Assembly: GCF_035594765.1 (NCBI RefSeq)
Contig: NC_085843.1
Span: 677,399 to 741,398, forward strand
Direction: 5' to 3'
Length of the DNA stretch: 64,000 bases
Source: Anolis carolinensis
Lineage: Eukaryota
Every line of letters starts with the position of its first letter. The first letter of the stretch is position 1. Positions 12,385-27,621 of the stretch are shown one piece after another. Made by a program: the position numbers and the translations under genes. Under the pieces are notes generated by a model. That model made no database searches, was not told the origin of the DNA, and saw only the letters and a list, made by a program, of their open reading frames with translations.

Positions 12385-12964
12385 GACTGGGGTGGGCGGA
12401 GTTACAAGCTCTGAGTCAGGGCTGAGCTTCTATCCCTGTCCTGCGGCGCCTGCCAGGACACAGGGGGCGGGGCTAGAGGAGGGGGCGGGGCCTCTTCCCA
12501 AGTGCCTGACGGGGCTGAACCTCTATACCCCACCCCCGTGTTCTAACAAGCGCCTCAGGGGAGGTATACAGAGGCTCTTGGGAAGAGGCCCCTCCCCCAG
12601 CCCTGCCCTTTAGTCCTAAAAGGCCTCTCAGGAGAGGTATAGAGGCTCAGCCCTGTCTTGGGCCCTTGGAAGGAGGCCCCGCCCCCTTCCCTAGCTCCGC
12701 CCTCTGTGTCCCAACAAGTGCCTCAGGAGAGGCATAGATGCTCAGCCCTGTCTCAGGCTCTTGGGAAGAAGCCACGCCCACTCCTCTAGCTCCGCCCCCT
12801 GTGTCCTAACAGGCGCCTCGGGCTCAGCCCTGTCTCCAGCACTTGGGAAGAGGCCCTGCCCCTCCCCTGGCCCCGCCCCTGTGTCCTAATAGGTGCCGTC
12901 ACCACCCCCCTGGATCACTGCAACGCCCACCAGGGGGCGGTAGCACCCACTTTGGGAATCACTG
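12385..12964. mobile_element. hAT-like element with internal GC-box-rich degenerate tandem repeats (about 75-95 bp)
   Basis: Right terminus CCCACTTTGGGAATCACTG; repeated GGAAGAGGCC...CTAGCTCCGCCCCCTGTGTCC units. Confidence 0.6.
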
Positions 12965-13528
12965 ATCTAAGCCATTAATAAAGATCCTGAACAAGACCTC
13001 CTCCTCTTCTTCTCTCTCCTCCCTCTTCACCATGTCCCGGCAGGGCTGATGACCTGAAGGTTGGGTTGCTGACCTGAAGGTAGCTGGTTCAAATCCAACC
13101 CAGGGAGAGGATGGATGAGCTCCCTCTGTCAGCTCCACCTCCCCATGCACGGACATGAGAGAAGCCTCCCACAAGGATGGCAAAAACATCTGGGGAATAT
13201 CCCCAGGGCAACATCCTTGCAGACAGCCAATTCTCTCACACCAGAAGTGACGTGGAATAAAGTCCAGGGTGAAACATTGAAATCTGTCTGACTACATTGG
13301 TTTAGGTTATTGATGTTACTGTATACTCCAATTCACTGATATTAGGTTTAATTTGATGTTAGGTTTTTAACGCCGTTTTCATATGTGGAGACTTGTTGGG
13401 ATTTTATGCCAATACTTACCTGTTTTGTGAAGGCATTGAATGTATGCCGTGGTTTGTTGGGAGTCCGTCCAGCATCCCTTAGGGGAGATAGAGAGGACGG
13501 AATAGAAATAAAGTTTGATTATATATAA

Positions 13529-13703
13529 CTAGCTTTGCCCGGCCACATGTTGCTGTGGCTTATGGCAATCATTTGTTGGCCAGGTGGAATAGCAGTGAAT
13601 AGCCTGACTGGCTGTTTTCTTCTTATGGGAATTCTTGTTTGGTGAGCTGGAATGCAATGGAATAGGCTTGCTGCTTGGAAGGCTGGGTACTTGCATTCTA
13701 GGG

Positions 13704-13705
<2 letters not shown>
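13529..13705 (-). mobile_element. Helitron 3' end
   Basis: Minus strand GCCACAGCAACATGTGGC hairpin followed by ...CTAG|T; same family as 14764-16924. Confidence 0.8.
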
Positions 13706-13746
<41 letters not shown>

Positions 13747-14337
13747 TTTATTTTTGTACCCTGCCACCATCTCCCCAGAGGGATTCGGGGCAGCTCACAG
13801 ATATAAAACCAGCATACAGTGATATCAACCATAAATATCAAATACAAAAACACACAAATAAATTTAAAAGGCATTTTAAAAATCACAATCATTATAAAAC
13901 ACATGAAAAACACAGCAATAAAAACATAAAATGAGCTGGGCAAAGTGCACTGAGTGAAACTTGTAAACAAGAAGGAAGGAAGTTAAGGTGCTACAAGGTC
14001 ATGGGAAGAACCTTAAACTGGGGTGAACTCTGAGGCTATGTCAATGAGTTAACCAGTAGGTACAACTGGTCAGAAGAAACCACTAGTACAAGGGTTTAGC
14101 ATTATATATACATAATAGAGAATGGTGGGCAGGCATGCGGTTAATAATAATATTAGAAGTACTAGTAATTATTTATTACGCGCCTCTCCTTGCGAAAGTG
14201 GGAAGCCCAGCAGACATGGGAGCCAAGGGACCTTGGCAGCCTTCTCTCTCTCCCGATTCAGTGCAGCCCAAATCTCCTTGGGAGTTGCTCCTGTTCCTTG
14301 GGAGGGAAGGGGTCAAACCCCAATCAATGCCACTAAA

Positions 14338-14548
14338 GGGCTGTGGCGCAGACGGGAGAGCAATGAGTCACTGACCAGGAGGTCATAAGTTCGAGGCCCG
14401 CTCGGAGCTATGTTTGTTTGTCTTTGTCCTGTGTTAAAAAAGGCATTGAATGTTTGCCATATATATGTGTTCATTGTAATCCGCCCTGAGTCCCCTTCGG
14501 GGTGAGAAGGGCGGAATATAAATGATGTAAATAAATAATAAATAATAA
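14338..14548 (+). mobile_element. tRNA-headed SINE with L2 tail; longer relatives at 48216-48722 (+) and 63770-64000 (-)
   Basis: A-box TGGCGCAG, B-box GTTCGAGGCC, L2 tail CCGCCCTGAGTCCCCTTCGGGGTGAGAAGGGCGG plus (TAAA)n. Confidence 0.8.
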
Positions 14549-16009
14549 AGGCATGGTTGGCATCAGAAGGGCTCTGGCTTTGAAGGAAATCACCTTCCAA
14601 TACTTCTCTGGTTGATGTGAAAGTCTGGCCACAAAAAAAACATTATTTAAGAAATGTATTCAACGAGTAACACATTTAAAGGAGTTTAATAAAAGTCAAA
14701 GGAAAGAGAACAAGGATCTCTGATTCGATACATCAAAAATACAATTGAGGATGAAAACCCTCATCTATATATATAAAAGAGTGATGGCATCACGGCAATT
14801 CACAAAACAACAAAAGTACAGGCCCCCCAACCTCAAAATTTGACAACACAACCCATCATCCACGCCTCAAGGTTGATACAACAAAAAGAAAAGAAAAATA
14901 AAGTCCTAATTAGAGGGAGAGCAATAATTTTTTTATCCAATTGCTGCCAGTTTAGAGGGCTAATCTCTGCCCACTTGGTTGCCTAGCAACCAATTCAGCC
15001 AAAGGACAGCCAGGTTTCAGTTCGGGGACAGGCAGATTTAGGCCTCACTTAGGCTTCTTCCACAGATTATCTAATTTGCACTGGATTATATGGCAGTGTA
15101 GACTCAAGGCCCTTCCACACAGCTATATAACCCATTTAGAATCTTATATTATCTGCTTTGCACTGGATTATCTTGACTCCACACTACCATATAATCCACT
15201 TCAGTGTGCATTTTATACAGCTGTGAAGAAGGGGCCTCAGATAATCCAGTTCTGAGCAGATAATATAAGATTAGAAATATACAGTAGAGTCTCACTTATC
15301 CAACATAAACAGGCCGGCAGGATAAGTGAATATGTTGGATAATAAGAAGGGATTCAGGAAAAGCCAATTAAACATCAAATTAGGTAATCGTTATACAAAT
15401 TAAGCACCAAAACATCTTATTATACAACAAATTTGACAGAAAAAGTAGTTCCATGCGCAGTAATGCTATGTAGTAATTACAGTAGAGTCTCACTTATCCA
15501 ACACTCGCTTATCCAACATTCTGGATTATCCAACGCATTTTTGTAGTCAATGCTTTCAATATATCGTGATATTTTGGTGCTAAATTCATAAATACAGTAA
15601 TTACTATATAGCATTACTGTGTACTGAACTACTTTTTCTGACAAATTTGTTGTCTAACATGATGTTTTGGTGCTTAATTTGTAAAATCATAACTTAATTT
15701 GATGTTTAATAGGGTTATCCTTAATTCTTCATTATCCAACATATTCGCTTATCCAACGTTCTGCCTGCCCGTTTATGTTGGATAAGTGAGACTCTACTGT
15801 ACTGTATTTACAAATTTACCACTAAAATATCACAATGAATTTAAAACACTGACTACAAAAACATTGATTATGAAAAGGCAGACTGCGTTGGATAATCCAG
15901 AACATTGTATAAGCGCATGTTGGATAAGTGAGATTCTTCTTTAATATGAAATAATTACTGGGATAGAATAATGCAGAACAATATAATCTCTAAAACCAGG
16001 ACAGTAAAT

Positions 16010-16362
16010 AAACAGGGGAATTCCACACAGGAAACAATCAGGGCCAGCTAACACCTCCCAACAAAGTATTCCCATCATCAAAGTCTGGCAAATCCTCTGT
16101 TTTCTCAGGGCCACAGACCGTAGAAGCACATAAAATATCGCAAACAACATCACTCTGAAAACAAGGGTATTCCAGACAGGAAACAATCAGGGCCAGCTAA
16201 CACCTCCCAACAAAGTATTCCCATCATCAAAGTCTGGCAAATCCTCTGTTTTCTCAGGGCCACAGACCGTAGAAGCACATAAAATATCGCAAACAACACC
16301 ACTCTGAAAACAAGGGAATTCCAGACAGGAAACAATCAGGGCCAGCTAACACCTCCCAACAA
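16010..16362 (+). repeat. 149-bp tandem repeat (about 2.3 copies), partly Penelope pLTR-derived
   Basis: Near-identical units; duplicated ORFs in the track are offset by 149 nt. Confidence 0.85.
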
Positions 16363-16517
16363 AAAATTCACTCAGGGAGGAAACAGCCAGGCTTTAAAGC
16401 TGCAAGGCCATTACATCCTAATCATTTTTCCTAATTGCAGCATTCATACTTGCCTCCAACAAACAAACAAAAAACCAATCAGAAATATTGTATATTCACA
16501 ACCTTTAGGAAATAATA

Positions 16518-16847
16518 TCCCCTGATGGCGCAGCGTGTTAAAGTGCTGAGCTGCTGAACTTCTGGACCAAAAGGCCGCAGGTTTGACTTGGGGGAGCGGA
16601 GAGAGCCCCCACTGTTAGCCCCAGCTTTTGCCAACCCAGAAGTTCAAAAACATGCAAATGTGAGTGCATCAATAGGTACCGCTCCGGTGGGAAGGTAACG
16701 CCGCTCCATGTAGTCATCCCACATGACCTTGGAGGAGTCTACGGACAACGCCGGCTCTTCGGCTTAGAAATGGAGATGAGCACCAACCTCCAGAGTCAGA
16801 CACGACTGGACTTAATGTCTGGGGAAAACCTTGACCCTTGACCTTAA
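16518..16847 (+). mobile_element. Sauria SINE inside the Helitron
   Basis: Homologous to 2415-2744. Confidence 0.85.
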
Positions 16848-17084
16848 CTACCACCAATTCCTCAATACTTTATTTCCCAGACCACCAGACTTCGCCACAG
16901 CAACGCGTGGCCGGGCACAGCTAGTTTAGCTATAATATACACACACATAAAGAGATTTTTGTGTGCTTTATTTTGTTTATATTCTTGACTAAAATGTTAC
17001 TTTAAAGAATTGAAAGAATCTGGCCATAGACTTGTGCTGGAGGACATAGCTTCCTACCAAGAACCTTCTCTAGGCATTCTCTAG

Positions 17085-17805
17085 GAATGGTTTTTTGGGC
17101 TGCTAGAATTACAATGAATAGCCTCGCTGCTTCAAAGCCTGGCTGCTTGCTACCTAGGGGAATCTTTGGTTGGTCAGCTTCAATAGTACAGAGTAGTATA
17201 GTTGCTTCAAAGCCTGGCCACCTTCTACCAAGGTTAATCCTTTGTTGGTTTGGTTGAATTGCACTGAATAGTCTTGTAGCTTAAAAGCCTGGCCGCTTTC
17301 TACATAGGGGCATCCTTCATTGGCCAGGTTGAATGGGATGGAGTAGCCTCATGTCTTCAAAGCCTGGGGGTTTTCCACCTAGGGGTGCTTTGAATGCGAT
17401 TTCCTGCTTCTTGGCAGGAGGTTGGACTGGATGGCCCATGAGGTCTCTTCCAACTCTACTATTCTATGATTCTTGGTTGGCCAGGTTGAATAGCACTGAA
17501 TAGCCTTGCTGCTTGCAAGCCTGGCCGCTTTCTACCTTGTGGAATCCTTGGTTGGCCAGGTTGAATGGCAATTAATAACCTCGGTGCGGCAGGTATGGAT
17601 GCTGCAATTAGCCACCTTGATTAGCATTTAATGGCATTTCAGCTTCAAAGCCTGGCTGCTTCCTGCCTGGGGGAATCCTTTGTTGGGAGTTGTTAGCTGG
17701 CCCTGGTTGTTTCCTGTCTGGAATTTCCCTGTTTTCAGAGTGTTGCTCTTTATTTACTGTCCTGATTTTAGAGATTATATTGTTCTGTATTATTATACCA
17801 CAGTA
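17085..17805 (-). repeat. About 60-bp degenerate tandem array derived from a Penelope pLTR (Helitron interior), with a CR1 tail at about 17383-17472
   Basis: Repeated TTCAAAGCCTGGCYGCTT...GGAATCCTT...TTGGCCAGGTTGAAT; 17740-17805 matches the Helitron interior at 52410-52482. Confidence 0.75.
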
Positions 17806-17808
17806 TTT

Positions 17809-19848
17809 AGAATCATAGAATAGTAGAGTTGGAAGAGACCTCATGGGCCATCCAGTCCAACCCCCTGCTAAGAAGCAGGAAATCGCATTCAAAGCACCCC
17901 CGACAGATGGCCATCCAGCCTCTGCTTTAAAGCCTCCAAAGAAGGAGCCTCCACCACAGTCTGGGGCAGAGAGTTCCACTGCCAAACAGCCCTTCTCACC
18001 GTGAGGAAGTTCTTCCTGATGTTCAGGTGGAATCTCCTTCCTTTCCTGTAGTTTGAAGCCATTGTTCCCTTGCGTCCTAGTCTGCAGGGCAGCAGAAAAC
18101 AAGCTCCCTCCCTCCTCCCTATGACTTCCCCTCACGTATTTGTACATGGCTATCATGTCTCCTCTCAGCCTTCTCTTCTGCAGGCTAAACATGCCCAGCT
18201 CTTTAAGCCGCTCCTCATAGGGCTTGTTCTCCAGACCCTTAATCATTTTAGTCGCCCTCCTCTGGACGCTTTCCAGCTTGTCAACATCTCCCTTCAACTG
18301 TGGTGCCCAAAATTGGACACAGTATTCCAGGTGTGGTCTGACCAAGGCAGAATAGAATAAGGGGGAGCATAACTTCCCTGGATCTAGACGCTATTCCCCT
18401 ATTGATGAGGCCAGAATCCCATTGGCTTTTTTAGCTGCCGCATCACATTGTTGGCTCATGTTTAACTTGTTGTCCACAAGGACTCCAAGATCTTTTTTTT
18501 ACACGTACTGCTGTCGAGCCAGGCATCGTCCCCCATTTTGTACCTTTGATTTCCATTTTTTCTGCCGAAGTGAAGTATCTTGCATTTGTCCCTGTTGAAC
18601 TTCATTGTGTTAGTTTCGGCCCATCTCTCTAGTCTGTCAAGATCGTTTTGAATTCTGCTCCTGTCTTCTGGAGTGTTAGCTATCCCTCCCAGTTTTGTGT
18701 CGTCTGCAAACTTGATGATCGTGCCTTCTAACCCTTCGTCTAAGTCGTTAATAAAGATGTTGAACAGAACCGGGCCCAGGACGGAGCCCTGCGGCTCTCC
18801 ACTTGTCACTTCTTTCCATGATGAGGATGACGCATTGGTGAGCACCCTTTGGGTTCGTTCGCTTAGCCAATTACAGATCCACCTAACCGTAGTTTTGTCT
18901 AGCCCACATTTTACTAGTTTGTTTGCCAGAAGGTCGTGGGGGACTTTGTCGAAGGCCTTACTGAAATCCAGGTACGCTACATCCACGGCATTCCCTGTAT
19001 CGACCCAACTCGTAACTCTATCGAAAAAAGAGATCAGATGAGTCTGGCATGACTTGTTTTTGGTAAATCCGTGTTGACTATTAGCAATGACCGCATTTGT
19101 TTCTAAGTGTTCGCAGACCACTTCCTTAATGATCTTTTCCAGAATCTTGCCTGGTATCGACGTGAGGCTGACCGGACGGTAATTGTTTGGGTCGTTCTTT
19201 TTTCCCTTCTTGAAGATAGGGACCACATTCGCCCTCCTCCAATCTGCTGGGACTTCTCCCGTTCTCCAAGAACTCTCGAAGATGATTGCCAGTGGTTCTG
19301 AAATAACTTCCGCTAGTTCCTTCAGTACTCTTGGATGTAGCTGATCTGGCCCTGGGGACTTGAATTCGTTTAGAGAGGCCAGGTGTTCCTGGACAACTTG
19401 TTTCCCTATTTGGGGTTGGATTTCCCCCAATCCTTCGTCCATTCCATGTTGCTGGGGTAGAAGATGGCTTTCTTTTTGTGAGAAGACCGAGGCAAAGAAG
19501 GCATTAAGTAGTTCTGCCTTTTCCCTGTCCCCTGTCGCCATCACCCCATCTTCTCCTTGCAATGGCCCTATCGCCTCCTTTTTCTTCCTTTTTCTACCAA
19601 CGTAAGCAAAAAAGCCTTTTTTGTTGTTTTTTATGTCCCTGGCAAGCCTGAGCTCATTTTGCGCTTTAGCCTTGCGAACCTTTTCCCTACAGGTGTTGGC
19701 TATACGTTTGAATTCTTCTTTGGTGATTTCTCCCCTTTTCCACTTCTTGTGCACGTCTCTTTTGAGTCTTAGCCCAGTTAGAAGTTCTTTGGACATCCAT
19801 TCTGGCTTCTTTGCACTTGTCTTATTTTTCTTCTTTGTTGGCACTGTT
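17809..19848 (-). mobile_element. CR1 LINE, 5'-truncated, ORF2 RT domain (frameshifted)
   Basis: ORFs 18462-19898 (NYRPVSLTS, YLDFSKAFD, PQGSVLGP, FADD) and 17608-18345; (ATTCTATG)n tail. Confidence 0.95.
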
Positions 19849-20018
19849 TTCCGGGTTGTCTGGCCATGTTCCAGAAGCATTCTCTCCTGCTGTTTCACCC
19901 AACCTCAGAGGTTGTGAGGTCTGTTTGAAACTAAGCAAGTGGGGATTATCTATCTATGAAACAGTGTCCAGGATGGGAGAAAGAACTCTGTGTCTGAGGC
20001 AAGTGTGAATGTTGCAGT
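19849..20018 (-). mobile_element. Penelope pLTR fragment with hammerhead stem II deleted
   Basis: Homologous to 7340-7525. Confidence 0.75.
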
Positions 20019-20209
20019 TTATTTATTATCTATTTAAAGCATTTATCTTCTGCCCTTCTCACCCCGAAGGAGACTCAGGGTGGAGCACAGCATATATACG
20101 GCAAACATTCAATGCCGGGACATAAAATAAACTATAAATATACATAAACAATAAAATCATTTGTCTGCACTTTAAAATCAATTGTTTACAACCATCACAG
20201 ATCAGTTGG

Positions 20210-20450
20210 TGTCGGGTTCTCTTCTCCCAGTTGTGCTGTGGGTCCGTCTTCCAAAGAAAGCACCAAGACACACGCGGGTAGATTCCAACAAGTTTTATTG
20301 TACCGAATGCCAGAACCTTCTTTTGTGCCATATATATAGGGACTCTCACATACCAGAGGGTAATTGATGTTTTATGGCCGGCCTGCTTTTATGGCTGGCA
20401 TCTGTTCTTTGTCAGCTGACCAGAGATGTCAAGGATTGGGGATCCTGACA
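20210..20450 (-). mobile_element. Solo LTR, 241 bp
   Basis: TGTCGGG...CCTGACA; 5-bp TSD GTTGG; TATA and AATAAA on the minus strand; homologue at 49391-49645. Confidence 0.9.
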
Positions 20451-20608
20451 GTTGGCCACCTTGCTTAGCATTTATTATTTTTGGTAAACAGTTTATTATA
20501 GTCATGGTACACAACAGAACAACAGATCATTGCAAATATAATCAGGTAACAATAATTTTGATATATACATGCATATATACATGGAATGCATATCAGTAAC
20601 TTAACATA

Positions 20609-21493
20609 CCGTATATATATACTCGAAGATAAGCTGAGTTTTTCAGCCCTTTTTATGAGCTGAAAAGGCCTCCCCCAGGCTTATAATCGAGTTAAGGCAA
20701 CAGAGCCTGCAAGCTATTGCTTTCAATATGTGATATATTTCTCTCTTACCCTCCCTTATCAGTGTATTTTCTTTTGCAAAGCCTCCCTCGCTCTTAATCA
20801 AGGGAATGTTTTGAAAAGAAAAAGACGCCCTTGCAAGTCAGGAAGAAGAAAAATATATATTCATTAATCTTATGAAAGCATTTTCCCCTGAAATATTTGT
20901 TAAACTCTCCTACAGATATACAGGCATTGACCCCTTGCAAGCTTTTGCAATCTCCATGTACCTTTATATTTGTATCTATCTATATACATTAATTTTATAT
21001 ATGAATTTTCCCCTCATATGTTTGCAGGTCTTTGCAAATCCTTTATACATATAGATCCTTGTACCTGTGTATCTGTAGCCATACATATACATTTTTTATA
21101 TATGAATTTCCCCTCATATGTTTGCAAGTATCTGCAAATCCTATATAGATATAATTATCTATATAAAGAGAGATGTCTGGATAGATATTAATATATTCTT
21201 ACCTACCTATATATAGGGCTTGCAAATACTACAGGGGGAAATGAACACGCAAATATATATAGACATGTCTAGATATATATGGCTTGCAAATATTGTAGGG
21301 GAAATGCACACACAAACACACACAGAGGATTTGCAAATGTTTCGGGGGGAAATGCATATGTGAAATTAGTATCTATAATTATAGATCTATATCTAGCTCT
21401 GCATTGTTTATATAAGCATTGAATGTTTGCCTGTTACTATGTTGGAAGCTGGCCTGAGTCCCCATGGGAAGATAGGGTGGGATCCAAATGAAG

Positions 21494-21525
<32 letters not shown>

Positions 21526-21815
21526 ATAAGGTTATTGTTGATACCATATTGTTTTTGTTGCCCCTACTTTTCCACTTAATAGAGCTAGTTTATTGTTTTT
21601 CTTTGAAATATGATAAATATTCAAAAACATTTACCCCACTTATGCCTCAGTTAAAGTAATTTTATTGGTATCTATTTTTATTTTGAAATTTACTCGTAGC
21701 TGCTGCATTTCTCACCCTCAGCTTATAGTCGAGTCAATAAGTTATCCCAGTATTTTGTGGTAAAATTAGGTGCCTCGGCTTATATTCGGGTCGGCTTATA
21801 CTCGAGTATATACGG
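20609..21815. mobile_element. Non-autonomous Tc1/mariner element with internal tandem and inverted repeats
   Basis: TA|CCGTATATA...CTCGAAGATAAGC and GCTTATACTCGAGTATATACGG|TA termini. Confidence 0.85.
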
Positions 21816-21879
21816 TAATCTTGCTATTTCTACATGTTATCCAGTTTTTTTCAGTCTAGACTTTCTTCTCATTTATCTT

Positions 21880-22980
21880 TTTTAAAATAAGAGTTCGTCA
21901 TAACATTCAAACACCAACCCACAACATATTACAGACCATACACAAACCTGAAACCCCTCTCCCACACAAAATAGAACCTCTTCCCCACACACGTGCACCC
22001 TTCACCATGACTTCCAAAGCTGAAGTCAATTTATTTATCCTTGTCCATTGTTGTTTATTAATTCAGTCACTTCCGACTCTTGGTGACCTCCCCAGGCCAG
22101 AGCTCCCTGTCTGCCGTTGCCGCCCCCAGTTCCTTCAAGGTCAAGCCAGTTCCTTCAAGGATACCATCCATCCATCTCACCCTTGGTCGGCCTCTCTTCC
22201 TTTTACCTTCCATTTTCCCCAGCATCATGGTCTTCTCCAAGGTCTCCTGTCTTCTCATGATGTGGCCAAAGGACTTCATCTTTGCCTCTCATCTCCTTCC
22301 CTCCAGTGAGCAGCCATCAGGCATTATTTCCTGGAGGATGGACTGGTTGGATCTTGCCAAGGTCCAAGGCACTCTCAGGATTTTCCTACAACACCACAGT
22401 TCCAAAGCGCCTGTCTTCCTTTGCTCAGCCTTCCTTATGGTCAAGCTCTCGCATCAATAGGTTACTATGGGGAATACCATTGCTTTCATTGTGTGGACCT
22501 TCATTCCCAGTGTGATGTCCATAGCCTAATCCTAAATTTCTAATGGAGCCCCTCAATGTCACTGATTCTCCATTCAGATATGCCATAGCCAACATCCATG
22601 TTTCCAAAGAGCCTTCATTACTTTTGTTCCTCCTGTTATTGGTTAGTTGGCCATTAGCATCTACTCTCGCATTCTTTCCCTCCAATCTTCTCAGATATCT
22701 CTCACCTTAATTTGAAATATGTTTGTTCCCTCTGTATATTTTGTCTCTTGATTTTGGCCAGGAGTCCATTCTGTGGTGGCTCCTTCTGAGTTCCCGCTTC
22801 TGTTCGTTGTGCATCTTTTTCCATTTCTCCAGATGTATATGGCTCCTCTTGTTCACTTATCTGCTCCTCTTCTTCAAGAGCCAAGTCTGTCTTCCTCAAA
22901 TTGGTATTTAATGGTTCCTTCTGAAATACTGCTTCCTAGTCTTTGGTTTGCCGGTCTTTCTTTTCCCCCCCAACACATAT
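21880..22980 (-). mobile_element. L1/Tx1 3' fragment interrupted by BovB
   Basis: Homologous to 44650-45465 (QLTNNRRNKSNE motif and 3' UTR). Confidence 0.7.
22045..22516 (-). mobile_element. RTE-BovB 3' end
   Basis: FGHIMRRQETLEKTMMLGKMEGKRKRGRPRVRWMD; (CAA) tail; TSD TGTCCAT. Confidence 0.9.
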
Positions 22981-23017
22981 AATGTTGGATTATGGTTGTA
23001 TGTGTATGAAATGTAAA

Positions 23018-24255
23018 TTTGGTACGGTCGATCACAATCTATTGACCCACCGCCTAGCCATGACGGGGGTTAGGGGGATACCCCTTAAATGGGTGTCCTC
23101 CTTCCTCCAGAATCGGGGACAGCGTGTGATGAGGGTAGGGATGGTTTCCGAGTGGTCTCCGCTAACTTGTGGGGTCCCACAGGGAGCTATTCTCTCTCCT
23201 CTATTATTTAACATCTGTATGCGACCGCTTGCCCGACTGGTGCGGAGCTTTGGGCTCGAGTGCCACCAGTACGCTGATGACACTCAGCTCATTCTGAGGA
23301 TGGAGGGCCAGCCGGACTCCGTACCCGATAGTTTCCATCAGTGCCTTGAGGCCGTGACTGGATGGTTGAGGGTGAATCCAGCGAAGACGGAGATCCTTTG
23401 GCTGGGCCGTCCGGGTGGGAGGGAGATCCAGCTGCCTACCCTGGATGGCGAGACACTACGTCCGTCATCTTCAGTAAAAAGTCTTGGGGTCTTATGGGAC
23501 CCTCTGCTCACAATGGAGGCCCAGGTCTCTGCTGTGAGCAGATCTGCGTTTTTCCATCTACGTCAGGCTAGGCGACTGGCTCCCTACCTATCTAGGAACG
23601 ACCTGGCGACGGTGATCCAGGCGACGGTCATCTCGAGGCTCGACTACCGTAACACCCTCTACATTGGCCTTCCTCTGTCAGTGATCCGGAAACTGAAGCT
23701 GGTGCAAAACGCGGCGGCTCGTCTTCGTGCCGGGGTGCGGGCGAGGTGGCATATCACCCCAATTCTACAACAGCTGCACTGGCTACCGATTGAGTACCGG
23801 ATTACTTTCAAGATACTGGTACTAACCTTTAAGGCCTTACATGGTTTGGGGCCAGCGTACCTGAGGGCCCGTTTATCCCCCTACCAACCCCAGAGATTAC
23901 TCCGGTCCGAAGACCAAAATTTGCTTGAAGTCCGTAACATACGGACTTATCATTTGTCTTCTACTAGGCAGAAAGCCTTCTCGATTGTAGCCCCTCATCT
24001 ATGGAATGCCTTGCCAGTTGAAACTCAAACTATCCGAGACCTACTTGCCTTTCGGAAAGCCTGCAAAACCTTGCTCTTCCGACAAGCTTTCGATGGGTGA
24101 AAAACTCAGAGCTATGTCTGTTTTTATTGTTGTTTTTATTGTTTTTATTGTTATTTTAAAGCTAAGTATATTGTTTTAATCTATTTCTATAAACTGCTCT
24201 GAGTCAAACTGGGAGTAGCGGTATACAAGTCTAACAAATAAATAAATAAATAAAT
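23018..24255 (+). mobile_element. L2 LINE, 5'-truncated, open RT C-terminal half
   Basis: GVPQGAILSP, YADD, SRLDY, LHWLP; (TAAA)n tail. Confidence 0.95.
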
Positions 24256-25440
24256 ACTAATATTATAATGCAATACAATATTACACTAATAATATAATAA
24301 TATTAATTATATATTATATATTAAATGTAATATTACTAATAATATTACCATATAATGATATAGTACAATATAGTAATTTAATGTTTATATTGTGCTATGC
24401 TAATAATAATATCTTGTATGTACACTTGATTTGTAAGCCGCTCTGAGTCCCCTCTGGGGTGAGAAAAGCGGGATATAAATGTAGTAAATAAATAAATAAT
24501 AATACTATAGACAGGAAGCAGTACATTTGCTTCCCCCTTTTCAGGATGTTTTGCCTTTGCTTAGTTAGGATTCTTCTGTGGGAGGATTGCTCAGAGTAGA
24601 TGCCCGTTCTTCCCCAAGTTGGGATTTATTGCATTGGTCACAGCAAAGATATTCCTAGGACCCTTTATGAAAAGCCTGTGTTTCTCTAGCTCTCCTTCAG
24701 CTGCTGAAAATCATCCCCTGGACAGAGGACAAGGAAGAAAGTGGGCAAAGGAGAAGGAGGTTGGCAGGAAAATGGCATTGTCAATGGAACTGCACATATC
24801 TTTGCATCCCATCTTGGGCTGAGCCTAGGGAATGAATGGCTGAAAGGGGACTTCGGTCAGCAGAGACTCATTATGTGAACATCTCAAACAAGCCTTAATG
24901 TGGTTTAGAATTAACTGGTTGGAGAGACAGGATCTGGAATGGCTGCAGGATTTCTTTAGGAAAAGACAATAAATTTGGTGGCAGCAGGCATCTAATTTGG
25001 GATGCTCAGGAAGCAGACCACGGACCCATTATGGGAAGGGAGGCAGCCCAGTAATCTTTGTGACCCTTAGCATTTAGCACATCCTGGTAATTTAGGGAAA
25101 CACATATCTAGTGAATATTGTAAAGAACCATTCCTTTCTGCCTGCCTTCCTTCCATTCCTTTAGCCACATTTAATGTTAGATCTAATGAAATCAATGTGA
25201 TGCTCCAAGACTAGGAGTTCCCCTTTTTCCTTCTGTCATTTATTACTTTTTTCCTCCCCCCTACTTTCTTCCTGTATTAATTCCCTTCTTTTTAAAGAAT
25301 CATTGATTCCCTTTGCTGGTATCTGTGTATGTGCTTGAGACCCTGATGTCTGCATTGGTTGGTATTTCTGTTTTCCACATGACTCATGAGGGAAAGGGGG
25401 AAAATCTTGGAGGTAAAGGTTTCTGGCTTTGATCCTTGAT

Positions 25441-25462
25441 CTTTTGCTTCTTTCTTGACCAG
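25441..25462 (+). promoter_or_regulatory. 3' splice acceptor of gene B terminal exon
   Basis: CTTTTGCTTCTTTCTTGACCAG|GGAAATGAGG. Confidence 0.75.
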
Positions 25463-25580
25463 GGAAATGAGGATTCTGTGGAGCCAACACTTGGATGCAG
25501 TAAGGAAACCAATAATATAGAAAGAAGAAAACTTCTGAAGGTGATGATATTGCTGAAATCTTGACCTCACTTACAGATAA

Positions 25581-27428
<1,848 letters not shown>

Positions 27429-27621
27429 AATCATAGAGTTGGAAGAGACCACCTGGGCCATTTCATTCAACCCTGCTTTGATTTTATATGCTTCATATGC
27501 TTTTATGGGTTTAACCAAAATTGTTTAAATAATAATGATGTTTAATACTGTTTTAATATTTGTATATTTTAAGTTATATTGCAAAGTTTTAAATTTGTGA
27601 CCCACTTTGAGTCTCCAAAAA

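Larger units (their letters stand above)
14764..16924 (+). mobile_element. Non-autonomous Helitron with both ends, carrying MITE, Penelope and SINE pieces
   Basis: A|TCTATATATATAAAAG ... GCCAC agcaacgc GTGGC hairpin ... CTAG|T; no TSD; inserted at AT. Confidence 0.9.
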
